In this document: piece after piece, positions 1 to 12,381 of the stretch | Layout: each line of letters starts with the position of its first letter | Position numbering within the stretch: position 1 is the stretch's first letter | NCBI GenBank assembly: GCA_035221665.1 | Contig: CM069141.1 | Coordinates: forward strand, 29,264,001 to 29,328,000 | Length of the DNA: 64,000 nucleotides | Reading direction: 5' to 3' | From: Okamejei kenojei | Lineage: Eukaryota | The notes under the pieces: generated by a model | Told to the model about the DNA's origin: nothing | Databases searched by the model: none | What the model saw: only the letters and a program-made list of their open reading frames with translations | Made by a program: the position numbers and the translations under genes

Positions 1-159
1 ACAAGCAGTGGAAACAGACTTTTTAGACAGGTAAAAGGGTACTTGATAAGTAAGGGTGGAGATAGGGGTACATCAAAAGGGATGGAATGTTGAGATTACA
101 AGCATACCAGACATAAGGGGTCACTGGGTACACGATAACCAAAATATAAAAGTCTTAAC

Positions 160-930
160 AAAAGTCTGATCTGGGATGTTTGCTTGGATGTTTGCTTGCT
201 TGCTTGTTTGCCTGAACTTCTTTGATTCACATCTCTTCAAAAACCCGATGCAGTAACGGTGAAATTTTTACATATTTCGGTAGAGATTTACCTTCATGAT
301 TTCAAAACTCCACTCATCTGAAAATTAGATTCATTATTTCCCGAGTTTTTTTTACTAAAATCGTTCACCAATCTGACATCTTTTAAAAATCTAACGTGCT
401 GAAGCGAGGTGGGGGGATGGAGAGTGGGCAAGGAGAGGGGAGGGAAGAGGGGGAGAGGGGGAAGAGAGGGGAAGGAGAGTGGGAGAGGAGTGGGAGGAGA
501 GGGGGAGAAGAGGGGCGGAGGAGAGGGGGGGAAGGGGACATCCCTCTCTGCCCCCCACTCCCTCTGCCTTCCCTCCCTCTCTCCCCCCCTCTTCCCTCTC
601 TGCACCCCTTCCTCTCTGCCCCCTTCGTCTCTGCCCCCCTCCCTCTCATGGGAGTGGTGAATATTGGGACCTATGGGTGAGTGGTGGAGTATTGTGTTCG
701 CAAACCAGCCCTCCTCGTGACACCACACCCCCCCACCCCTCAATCTCTACCCCCCTCCCTTTGCCTCTCTGCCTCTCTACCCCCTCCCCTTCCTCTCCAC
801 CCCCCCTCTCTAGCCATGCCTGCGCAGTTGGGGGGTATGCATGAATGGATAGGGTGGAGGATGGGATGAAAGGAGCGAATGAATAATATTAATATAATAT
901 CAGGGGGGGGTAGTGTGTGTGGGGGTGGTT

Positions 931-969
<39 letters not shown>

Positions 970-1040
970 ATGTGATGCCGAAGCCCCCCCCCCCCCCCCC
1001 CCCCCCCCCCAACTACGCGTTGAGATGACGGGACCCAATG
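160..1040. repeat. Non-coding interspersed repeat with internal low-complexity tracts, possibly a non-autonomous Helitron/HINE-like element
   Basis: Short (TTGC)n run near 180-210, polypurine tract ~415-538 abutting a polypyrimidine tract ~541-646, (GT)n ~933-967, poly-C 984-1010. Canonical TC...CTAG ends are not intact, so the class is tentative. Confidence 0.3.
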
Positions 1041-1750
1041 AACGAGTACCCTATATTTCTAAACATAAAATAAAAAGAAAAAATGTTGGAAATTGAAGGT
1101 TACGCTTCACCTATGGATTTCTCATCAAGATCACTGACCTGCAATGGCAACTCTGTTTCTCAATTCACAGAAGCCACCTGGCCTTGCTAAGAATGTCCAA
1201 CACTTTCAATTTTTATACCAGTAATTTGAATCTGCTTTTCGTTTCCACTCTTTGACTTGGGCTTACCAACTGCTGCCAACCAACCTGAAATCAGATGACC
1301 CAGCTCACACCTGGAACAAGCCAAGCCCTTCCATTGTCTTCATGGCCCGTGAGCATATCGCTCGGCTGCCATGCCAAAAGAGTCCGGAGGTTCCTTTGAT
1401 TGTAGGATGTGCAGGTCAGAGTATCCTCAGAGTGGTGTGCCTGGGTGATTAAACCAGAAAGCAGGAAAGGATCATCAACCAAGCTTTCAATCTTTAATTG
1501 TTTTCACTGAACAGTTGGAATATACAATAATCAACCTTAAAGGGATAAGAACAGTTTGGCTGTGATGTGCTCAGGCACTGTGACAAGTTCCCAGGAAATA
1601 AGAAGTGGGTGTGTCACAATAATTCCAGCAGTATCGGTCATTGAAATGTACAAGAATCGCTGAACTTTGTTGACAAAATTAGAACCTTCTCAACCAGAGT
1701 GCAGTCTAAGCTATTTGCACAATTATAACCTGAAAAAATCTATTAAAAAT

Positions 1751-1957
1751 CACAAAATGCTGGAGTAACTCAGCGGGTCAGGCAGCATGTCTGGAGAAAA
1801 GGAATAGGTGGCGTTTCGGGTCGAGACAGTCTGAAGAAGGGTCTCGACCCGAAACGTCACCTACTCCTTTTCTCCAGAGATGCTGCCTGACCTGCTGAGT
1901 TATGCCAGTATTTTGTGTCTATCTTCTGTATAAACCAACATCTGCTGTTCCTTCCTA
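1751..1957. mobile_element. MER6/Penelope-pLTR-derived palindromic element
   Basis: ~77-bp inverted arms (1751-1827 / 1841-1917) around a 13-nt spacer. The same sequence abuts Penelope GIY-YIG remnants elsewhere in the window. Confidence 0.8.
1831..1858 (+). ncRNA. Minimal type I hammerhead ribozyme core motif (Penelope-associated)
   Basis: CTGAAGA-A-GGGTC-TC-GACCC-GAAA-CGTC matches CUGANGA / stem II / GAAA / GUC with a vestigial palindromic stem III. Confidence 0.6.
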
Positions 1958-2222
1958 GATATTAAAAGTCACATCTCAAGTTGCACTCTTTGGCAGAACT
2001 TCTGCCTCTGAGACAAGGGTCAATCATTCCAGCACTGATGCAGCAAAATAAAAAATTAACGTTGCCTTTCAATGCAATACAGAGATGGTCCAGCAATATT
2101 CGAGTTGTTATCTTTCCAATGAGGTTTATCTACCATCTCAGACATATAATCGCAAAACATTCTATGGAAGATTCCTCCTGACATTCCAACCAATATTTAT
2201 GTTTCAACCAATGTAATTAAAA

Positions 2223-2257
<35 letters not shown>

Positions 2258-3179
2258 CACATCTTTGCAGTTTGAGGAACCATGCTGCTGTTATATTAAC
2301 TGCCGACTTGCCTTGCATTGCAAACTATCTTCTTGATTGTGACCTGCCTTGGGGCATCTTAGGGTCATGAAAATAGCTTATAAATGCAAAGTTCCTTTTG
2401 TTTATCCTTGGTGCCAGCAAATCCTTTGACAGACCATAATAACAATTCATAACTAGAGCAGTCTTGCCAAATCAGCAACCAATGTAGGTATCCAAGAGAC
2501 TGACTTTTTTTTTTTTACATACATAATGCTGGGCAGATCTCAAGCTGAAACCTCCAATAGAATAGAAATTGAACCAGAGTTCTGTATGATGTCTTAATCA
2601 GTGAGAAAGTACCAAAATTTGCTTTGAAATGTATCAATCAATTCAGCCTGTGTATTTATTATCTAAAAAGAAAATACACCAGGGCTTTGTTTAAATATTA
2701 ACTTCCCAAAATTGATTTTCTGATACATGAACAATGAAACTGGAAATATCATTACCTCTTGTGCAAAACCAGGAGCCGGGGATGCAAATACTTGCTGAAT
2801 GCTTTCAGTAACAATTGCTGGTCGCCTAAAGTTAATTCAATTTCACAAACATAAATTGAAGAGTACGGACACAAGAACATAAATTGAGCACGCAAAACAA
2901 ATCATCATTTTGTGCATGCAAGCCCATCGGTTGCACTACCGGATTGGAATTATGGCTTTTATGTCAATGAAGTTAATAAAAAAAGCATGTCCAGGGACTT
3001 CGAAGTGAAGAGTCTAAAGGCAGAGTGATGTTTGATGAAATTAAAAAAAGAAATATGATTTCAATTCTACTAAACCTTGCTTATTTTGACTGAGTTTTGA
3101 GATTTTCAGAAGATGAGTTATCCATAAGAGGTATGGAAGATGCAAGCGGCTGTTGCTTAGAGAGGGGAGCAATCAATAG

Positions 3180-3350
3180 ATACTTTTAAGGCAGAGCTAG
3201 ATAGATTCTTAATTAGTATGGGTGTCAGGTGTATGAGGAGAAGACAGGAGAATGGGGTTAGGAGGGAAAGATGGATCAGCCATGATTGAATGGTATAGAC
3301 TTGATGGGCCGATTAGCCTAATTATGCTGCTATCATCTATGGCCTTATGA
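3180..3350 (+). mobile_element. HER1/CR1 LINE 3' tail fragment
   Basis: Matches the 3' ends of the longer CR1 copies (…gatcagccatgattgaatgg…gggccga…gccta). Confidence 0.7.
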
Positions 3351-4330
3351 ATCAGAAGGTGACTGGGTGTGTGGTATGCTCACATGTATAGAATAATGAA
3401 GTCCTAGCAGCAATTATTTAATCCTCCCAGCTGAATTAGTGGAACCAAAATATATAAGGACTAGTATGGTAAACAACAGGGATTTTTCAAAAATGTTGCT
3501 TAATTAGCAAGAATTTTATATTAGTCATTCAGGCAAAATACTTCAGCATTTGAGTCTTAATACATAGCACTAAACAGAACAAGGCTGCCACCATAATAGA
3601 ATAAATAGTAACCAATTTTAATCTTGAGATATTTTAAGATAGAGAACAACACAGAAACAGGCCATTCGGCCCAACTCATTGTTAAAGTTTAATAATTCAT
3701 TTTGTTTCTGAAGAATTCACCTTTTCTATTTCTCATTTAAACATGGTGGATCCTCCTAGATGGTTAGAGGTATCCTTGTACAAGTGTGACTGAAGTTCTT
3801 TAAAATTGACAGTTCCGTCAGTGATTCATGATAATGGGCTCTGCAGTTCTGCAGTTTCCAATGAATCAGCTTCTTGGATTCAGAAAAAATCACAGATGGG
3901 CAATTTAAATTCATCTAATTAAATGATTTTGAAATTAAAAGAAAAAGTCTCCTCGGTAGAAGTAGCCATGAAATTGCCATATTAAAATAAAATTGTATCT
4001 GGTGATGGAATGGAAGACTCGCCTACCTGATGCTGTCCCATCCAAAACTGAATGTGCAAGATGACCCCACCTTTTACATGACCTTTGTAGTTCCCTGGCC
4101 ACAGCCTCTCACTCCTAATATCAAGCACACATAGTTTTCTAGTGTGGCCCTCCCGTGCCTCCTCATTCTGGTATACACACAGACAAAGTGACATTATTGG
4201 CCACATCATGCTTGTCTCATTCCACTCTGTTCTCATCCAAAAGCCTTGAAAGCCATTGTTAATTCCCTTTGTGCTGCGGAATTACTCTCATGCCCATACT
4301 TGCTTGTAGCCATTCATGTTGGCTCAGCAA

Positions 4331-4954
4331 TGCCCCTGTCCCACTTAGGCGATTTTTTAGGTGACTACAGGTGACTAGACTGTCACCACATATCGCCGAT
4401 GCGTCGTCTTTATGGTCTCCTCAGTCGCCCAAAGAGTTGTACCTTTTTTCTGGCTGCTGCTGGATTTTGAAATGTTCAAAACTTTTCGGCGACAGTCGGC
4501 GCCTGTGGGCTTGACGCCAATGATCGTAGCTGACGTAAGTGCTGTCGCCAGGATGATGTGGTTTGTCGCCAGGATGATGTAGGTTGTCGCCAGGATGAGG
4601 TAGGTTGTCGCCAGGATGAGGTAGGTTGTCGCCGGTGCTGACTTCGGTGAATTCTATTGGCAACTACCTACGTCAAACCGGCGACAGGTACCAGCAACTG
4701 AAATGTCTTACCTTGTCGTAGCTTGTCGCGGGTGGACGTAGGTTGTTGTAGGTGTGGTCGTAGGTGGACGTACGAATGGGTCGCCGGTTGTCTGTAGCTT
4801 GCCGTAGCTTGACGTCGACTAGGAGGTAGGTTGTTGTAGACATTGTCATAGACATTGTCGTAGGGCGGTCCAGTCGCCGTTTTTTCAGCGACCTGCTATG
4901 ACTATGACAGTCGTCGGCAGTCGCAGAAAAAATCGCCTAAGTGGGATAGGCCCA
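4331..4954. mobile_element. PIF/Harbinger-type non-autonomous DNA transposon (MITE)
   Basis: TIR (t)gcccctgtcccacttaggcgatttttt / aaaaaatcgcctaagtgggataggccc(a); flanks CAA/TAA; internal 21-bp tandem repeat x4 at ~4545-4633. Confidence 0.85.
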
Positions 4955-5333
4955 TAACTGTGCAAATGTCTTAAACTGTTGCTGTGATCAATATTGCCCA
5001 TAATCAACCCTGGACCATTAGGAGGTCCATTCTTCGTATCCACATTCCCAGTTTTTTAATGTATGCAAAAAAAAAATGCATGGCCCTTTTTCCAACAATG
5101 TTTAACGCAAAGAATATGGAGAATCACAGCTATTAGAACAAATGCAGCTCTTACATATACCACACCTGCGTGCTTACATCAGATGCATATGGCATAATTC
5201 ACTCCACAAATCGAGGATTGGTATATTTTTGAAATGCTTCACTGAGGAAATATACTGCTGCACTGAGATAGAGCCTGAAGAGCTTGGAGAATCGACTTTT
5301 GAATGTGCTCTTGAAGGAAAACTGCCTTCCGAA

Positions 5334-6260
5334 ATGTCTACAAGAGCTAAGCCAGATAAGGCAGATAAGGAGAAAGACTTGGAGGACTTAAAGCAAATGG
5401 TAAGAGAACAGAAAGATGAAAAGGTGGACAGAACGCACATGGAAAAAATTATGAAAGATATGACAGATAAGCTAATGCTGAATACGAATACGGGCAATTT
5501 AAGTTATTGAGTCTGTGCAGGATTCGATCAACACCGTAAATAAAAGAATTGAAGATGTGAGAGTTGAACTATTGGAGCGAATGGACAAGGGGGAAGAAGA
5601 CACCAATAAGAAGTTTGTTGCAGTGCATGAGACTGTCGCCTCATATGTGAAAACAATGAAAGAGATGGAGTAAGAGGTGGGGCGAATGGCCGAGGATATG
5701 AAGAAAATGAAGACACAGCACGACCTCACTGCAAAACAGCTAGCAAAATGTTCGGATACGTGCCTAGACTTGGAAACTCGTTCGAGACGCTTTAATCTAA
5801 GGCTAGTAGGAGTACCCGAGGAAGCCGAGGGAGATAACACCTCGGGAGTTTGCTGCGGATCTAATTAAAGAAGCTCTCAATCTTCCTAACCTTCCGAAAA
5901 TTGAAGCGGCACATCGAATTCCGAGATTCAAACAAAAATCCCAAACAGGCTCAGAATACACACGTCAGATCATTGCGCATTTGCGCATGCGAGAATGCTC
6001 ATTTCTTACAACGATCAGCAAAAATCGTTTACAAATCCAGGAGAGTGCATATAAATATGCCTTAACCATCGTGGAAGAGAATAAGTAACTTGAAAAGCTG
6101 TACTGTATGGACACTCTTTACTATTTCAACATGAAATGTGTTCAACAGAAGATGGAACTCTTCCTGTGTTTAGACTCGACGGCTTATCGAGGAATGTTAA
6201 TTCAAGGACATACTGGGTTCCAAGTGAAGTGGAAAAAGATAAACACTGAATACAGAGCTT
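5334..6260 (+). pseudogene. L1 ORF1 (coiled-coil + RRM/Transposase_22-like), frameshifted
   Basis: Charged coiled-coil peptide followed by DLETRSRRFNLRLVGVPEEAEG and IEAAHRI motifs typical of L1 ORF1p. 3' end approximate. Confidence 0.8.
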
Positions 6261-6654
6261 TACAATATAATCTGAACAGAGCAATTACCGTGGTTTAAAA
6301 TGTTTAACTGAATAACCTAATGTTATAGAAATAACACTTTTAACACTTAAAACATAGAATACTATCATAGAAATTGTAATGAACATTAACCAGATCGGTA
6401 GTAAGGGGCTGATTTACAATCTAACATCTATAACTTAATATCTTAATAAGTTTTAAGCAGATTTATAACCGGGTTGTGAGGGGGATGTGGGCTCCTGGCT
6501 CAGATCCAGAAGCCTGCCCTAGGTAGCCCCTTCAACCAATAGCTGATAATTATCGAGGTAAAAACTGATGCTTAACATTCGGTTGATAAAACAGTTAGAT
6601 ATATTTTAGAATACATGTGAAATGGATATATGTACTGCAATTAGGTATTATATA

Positions 6655-8265
6655 CAGTGGCTTGCAAAAGTATTCATACCCCTTGAACATTTCCACATTT
6701 TGTCACGTTACAACCACAAACGTAAATGTATTTTATTGGGATTTTATGTGATAGACCAACACAAAGTGGTGCATAATTGTGAAGAGGAAGGAAAATGATA
6801 CATGGTTTCCAAATTTTATTACAAATAAAAAACTGAAAAGTGTGGCGTGCAAAAGTATTCAGCCCCCCTGAGTCAATACTTTGTAGAACCACCTTTCGCT
6901 GCAATTACAGCTGCAAGTCTTTTGGGGTATGTCTCTATCAGCTTTGTACATCTAGAGACTGAAATTTTGCCCATTCTTCTTTGCAAAATAGCTCAAGCTC
7001 AGTCAGATTGGATGGAGAGGGTCTGTGAACAGCAATTTTCAAGTCTTGCCAGAGATTCTCAATTGGATTTAGGTCTGGACTTTGACCGCGCCATTCTAAC
7101 ACATGAATATGCTTTGATCTAAACCATTCCATTGTTGCTCTGGCTGTATGTTTAGGGTTGTCGCCGTGCTGGAAGGTGAACCTCCGCCCCAGTCTCAAGT
7201 CTTTTGCAGACTCTAACAGGTTTTCTTCCAAGCTTGCCCTGTTTTTGGCTCCATCCATCTTCCCATCAACTCTGACCAGCTTACCTGTCCCTGCTGAAGA
7301 AAAACATCCCTACAGCATGATGCTGCCACCACCATGTTTCACAGTGGGGATGGTGTGTTCAGGGTGATGGGCAGTGTTAGTTTTCCACCACACATAGCAT
7401 TTTGCATTTAGGCCAAAACATTCAATTTTGGTCTCATCAGACCAGAGCACCTTCCTCCACATATTTGCTGTGTCCCCCACATGGCTTGTGGCAAACTGCA
7501 AACGGGACTTCTTATGGCTTTGTTTCAACAATGGCTTTCTTCTTGCCACTCTTCCATAAAGGCCCGATTTGTGGAGTGCACGACTAATAGTTGTCCTATG
7601 GACAAATTCTCCCACCTGAGCTGTGGATCTCTGCAGCTCCTCCAGAGTTACCATGGGCCTCTTGGCTGCTTCTCTGATCAATGCTCACCTTGCCTGGCCT
7701 GTCAGTTTAGGTGGACGACCATGTCTTGGTAGGTTTGCAGTTGTGCCATATTCTTTCCATTTTCAGATGATGGATTGAACAGTGCTCCGTGAGATGTTCA
7801 AAGCTTGGGATAGTTTTTTATAACCTAAACCTGCTTTAAACTTCTCCACAACTTTATCCCTGACCTGTCTGGTGTGTTCCTTGGGCTTCATGGCGCTGTT
7901 TGTTCACTAATGTTCTCTAACAAACCTCTGAGGCCTTCACAGAAGAGCTGCATTTATACTGAGATTAGATTACACACAAGTGGACTCTAATAATGAGGTG
8001 ACTTCTGAAGGCAATTGGTTGCAATGGATTTTATTTAGGGGTATCAGAATAAAGGGGGCTGAATACTTTTGCACACCACATTTTTCTGTTTTTATTTGTA
8101 AAAAAAATTGAAAACCATGCATCATTTTCCTTCCACTTCACAATTATGCACCACTTTGTGTTGGTCTATCATATAATATCCCAATAAAATACATTTACGT
8201 TTGTGGTTGTAACGTGACAAAATGTGGAAAAGTTCACGCGGTATGAATACTTTTGCAAGCCACTG
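6655..8265 (-). mobile_element. Tc1-family IR/DR DNA transposon, full length (1611 bp)
   Basis: ~213-bp TIRs starting CAGTGGCTTGCAAAAGTATTCA with an internal direct repeat TGCAAAAGTATTCA; TA TSD (6653-54 / 8266-67). Confidence 0.95.
6873..7891 (-). pseudogene. Tc1 DDE transposase with stops/frameshifts
   Basis: MKPKEHTRQVRDKVVEKFKAG…, WSDETK, TVKHGGGSIML, QSPDLNPIENLW, ending GSTKY*; split across several ORFs. Confidence 0.9.
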
Positions 8266-8606
8266 TAGTTGATTTGGAATCAGCTCGGTTCTAGTACGGA
8301 TATGTTATGACTTATTGAGGGAACGGAGCTATTTGTTTATTAACATCGACAACGGAAGTCGATACAATGTTTTCTCCCACCAACAGGTGGGCCACTTATT
8401 ACAGTGCCGATAAGCTTGGTCACTGTATTTTCACTTTTACTATTTTTTTTTTACTATCACAATTAATCACATGTGTGTTTTTTTTATTCAAGGATAATTG
8501 CAAAAGGAATCCACAAACTGAACTTGGTAGGTTGACTGTTCCCCCATTGCTTAAAGACCTGAGTTATGGATGCACCACAAGATACATAGGTCCTAAACCT
8601 AGTCAA

Positions 8607-11600
8607 AATGCAAGACACTAAACAAAATAAATCGTGAGGAATCTCATTTTGCACTTGGAATATTAGGGGGGCTAACGAACGTATTAAAAGGGGTAAGATT
8701 TTAGCACAGCTGAAAGCATTTAAGTCAGATGTTATCTTCCTCCAAGAAATGCATCTTAAAGTTCAAGATCAAGTTAGATTGAGGGCCAACTGGATAGTTC
8801 AAACTTTTCATTCGTCATTCACGTCAAAATCCAGAGGCACGTCCATCATGATTCGTAAAGGTATACCATTTAAACAGAAAAATACCTTAACAGATAAGGA
8901 TGGGAGATATTTGATAGTTACCGGTGAGGTCCATGCAATCCCAATCACATTGGTAAATATGTATGCGCCTAACTTTGATAATCCGCATTTTTTTAAATAA
9001 AATTTTGAATATAATTGAATTATAATTGGGGGAGACTTTAACTGTGTCTTAGATCCTTCTTTAGATAAATCCAGTCAAATACAACAAGGTAATACGAAAT
9101 CTAAAACTAGTGAACTTTTAAGCACATATATAAAAAATACAAATATAACCGATGTTTTGAGGATTGCAAATCCGACAGGCAAGGAATATTTGTTTTATTC
9201 AGCGGTACACAAGACTTACTCACGTATAGATTATTTCCTGGTAGACAAAAAATTAATTCCGTATACTCTTAACCCAAAATACCACACAAATACGATTTCA
9301 GATCATTCCCCCTTGACTTTAAAAAAAAAAAATAGAAGGCATGTCTAAGAATACATCGTTCTGGAGGTATAACCCCCAAATTTTAAAAGACCCGCAAAGG
9401 GAGTATATATCTAAGACAGCAAATTGATCTTTTTTTCGAAATAAATGATATGCCTGACACACCACCTACATGATCTTTCAAAGCTTTTATTAGAGGTGTT
9501 ATAATCTCATACCAAGCCTTTCAGAATAAAAAAAATAAGAATGAACAATGGCAGCTAGAGGAACAAATTAGACAATTGGATATAGATAATGCTAAAGACC
9601 CGTCCATGGATAAACACAATAAAATATTAATACTAAAATTCAAATTAAATAAATTACTATCAGAGAAAGTTATAAGATTATTCCAAATTACAAGACAGGA
9701 GCAGTTTGTATTTGGGGAGAAGCCTCGTAAACTTCTCGCACGCCAATTAAAAAAAACGAGAAAAGGAACACACGATTTCAAAGATTAAATCAGACAAAGG
9801 GGAAGTATTAACATTACCGAATGAAATTAATAAAAGATTTGTGCAATTTTATGAGAATTTGTATACATCCAAAATGACAACAGACACAATCACTGAGTTT
9901 CTGGATAATTGCAATCTTCCCAAACTAGAATTGCAGGAACAAGAGGAATTGGGAGCACAAATCTCAAATGAAATAGAAGAAACAATATTCTCATTAAAAA
10001 ATGGAAAAATACCAGGTCCCGACCGATTTAGTAATATGAATTTTATATAGAGCCCCTAGAGCTCTATATATAAAAGTTTTTACCAGAATATTAACTAATA
10101 ATATTTTATCCATGAAATTTCAACTGTCAAGAGGTAATAGACAAGGTTGTTCATTATCACCATTGTTATTTGCCCTCATAATTGAACCACTAGCAGAAAG
10201 TATCTGAATATCCACGGATATAAGACAAAATATTCAAACAATATAATATAATTATATGCTGATGATGTACTTTTGTACATCACAAAGCCTCATATCACTA
10301 TACCCAATATTTTAAATTTAATTGAGGATTTCGGTTCATTTTCAGGTTACAGAATAAACTGGAATAAAAGTGAAATCATGTCAATAAAACCGAGAGATTC
10401 TATACATTTCGAACAATTTCCTTTTAAAATAGTTGGGAAAAAATTTAAAATACTGGGCATTGAAATTACTAGAAGATATCAAACATGTTTAAAACGCAAA
10501 CTATAACCCTGTACTTAAGAAATACATAATTTAATTAAATTCTGGAAAACGCTCCCGATGTCCTTAATAGGTCGAATAAACGCCATAAAAATGATTTTTC
10601 TACAAATTCTATACTTGTTCCAATCAATCCCACTATATCTACCCAAAAAAGTTAAAAAAAAATTGGACTCAGATATTACAAATTTTTATTTGGGATTATA
10701 AGACCCATAGAATACAAAGACCCACACCTGAATAAACCCAAAGTAGTAGGGCGATTAGCACTTCCTAATTTTATGTATTATTATTGGTCAAAATATTAGA
10801 AATATGATTCAAGTGTTGGATAATGCTTCATCAACCGGAATGGATCATTATGGAAAAAGAGGACTGCTCCCCCTTTAATATTGGTGCGATCCTTTCTTTC
10901 ACCAATGACGGTGAATAATACAAACTACAACAAAAACCCAAATATATAGTATAATCAGAATTTTGGAAACAAATAAATACAATTTAAAATTAAGAAACTT
11001 ATCTCTCCTATCTCCTATCGCTAAAAAACCCTCTGTTTAAAAAAAAACCCTCGATTATAGACAAATCATTCATACAATGGGAAAGAGCAGGAATTAAAAC
11101 TTTGGGAGATTTGCATGATACGGGTAACTATTATCATTTAAACAATTACAACTAAAATACAATCTGGGTAACAATCAGTATTTAAATATTTCCAAATATG
11201 TGATTATTTGAAAAAAACATGCACATGAATTTCACATAATGCCATTAGACTTACTAGATGAAGTAATGAATACAAAGGCGGAATCACCAAATTTAATTTC
11301 ACATATATATAATATTATACTAAATACAGTAATACCAACAATGGAAGGTATTAGAGGTGAGTGGGAAAACGAACTAAGCATCAAAATTTCCAATGAAAGG
11401 TGGAAAGAATACTTATTAAATTTGCACAAATGCTCAATTAACGTAAGACACACTTTAATACAATTTAAAATTATATATAGATTATACTACTCAAAAACTA
11501 AATTAAATACATTTTTCCCTAACGTTTCACTGATTTGTGATAAATGCCACTGCCAAGAAGCTACAATAGCGCACTCATTCATCTCTTGTACAAAAAATCA

Positions 11601-11927
11601 AAAGGTTTTGGATTGAAATCTTTGAAATATTCACAAAAGTGTTTTAAAATAAAAATGACACCAAAGCCAGAATGGATTATTTTTGAAACAGAGAGGTAGT
11701 CCAGAATTAAATGCGTATCAAAAGAATTTATTTGATTACAGCTTAATAATAGGAAAAAAACTAATCTTAAAATTCTGGAAAAATGCTCCTATACCAACAT
11801 TAAATATTGTGGATTTCAACTATGCTTGAAACACTACATCTGGAAGATATCGGACTCCACCTGGAAGGAAAATCAGAACGCCTTCTTTCAGACGTGGTCT
11901 GCATTTATAGAATTGCTACAAGATAGG
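8607..11927 (+). pseudogene. L1 ORF2 (APE endonuclease + RT + C-terminal cys-rich region), disrupted, with an internal RT deletion
   Basis: CTWNIRG, VIFLQEMHL, NMYAPN, IGGDFN, YSRIDYF, ISDHSP, PGPD, RQGCSLSPLLF, YADD, CDKC…H motifs. The sequence jumps from just after PGPD (~10080) to RILTN, so early RT subdomains are missing. Confidence 0.88.
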
Positions 11928-12381
11928 GTGCATGAGTACCTCGGGCCTTGGTAGGGGTTTGGGATGAAAAACTATGGAGTTTGGTGATTCCTTTTGCGTG
12001 ATATATATAACAGAGTAACTGGCTTTTTTTTTTCCTTTTCCTTTATTTTTAAGGGTCTATCTCTTAACCCCCTTTCTCTAATTCTTTCACCAAGGGTTTC
12101 TTCTCCCTTTTGGCACGCTCTTTCACTATCACAACTATTTTCACCTATTTCACTCTCTTTCTTTCTATTCTTTTTCTTTAAAAGCCATAAAATTATGGGG
12201 TACAATGATTGTAACAAGATATATGTGAAGTACATTGATGTAAAATAAAATATTTTTAAAAAAAATTTAAAAATCGAGGATTGGTGATGAGGACAAACAA
12301 GTAAATACAATTTAAAGCAAACTATTTTATATAAAATGGTAATACCATTTAAAGGACTTATTTCATGAAGATGGCATCAGA

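Larger units (their letters stand above)
5223..12270 (+). mobile_element. L1-clade LINE, near full length, decayed, with nested Tc1
   Basis: Perfect 15-bp TSD AAATCGAGGATTGGT at 5208-5222 and 12271-12285; A-rich tail 12241-12270; ORF1 and ORF2 remnants. Confidence 0.92.

Noticed and set aside
294-869. Overlapping G/E/R- and P/L/S-rich ORFs
   Set aside because: Artefacts of low-complexity purine/pyrimidine tracts.
1267-1440. Possible - strand exon (good acceptor at 1441, donors at 1310 or 1266)
   Set aside because: No recognisable protein and no partner exons; the longer form has stops in all three frames.
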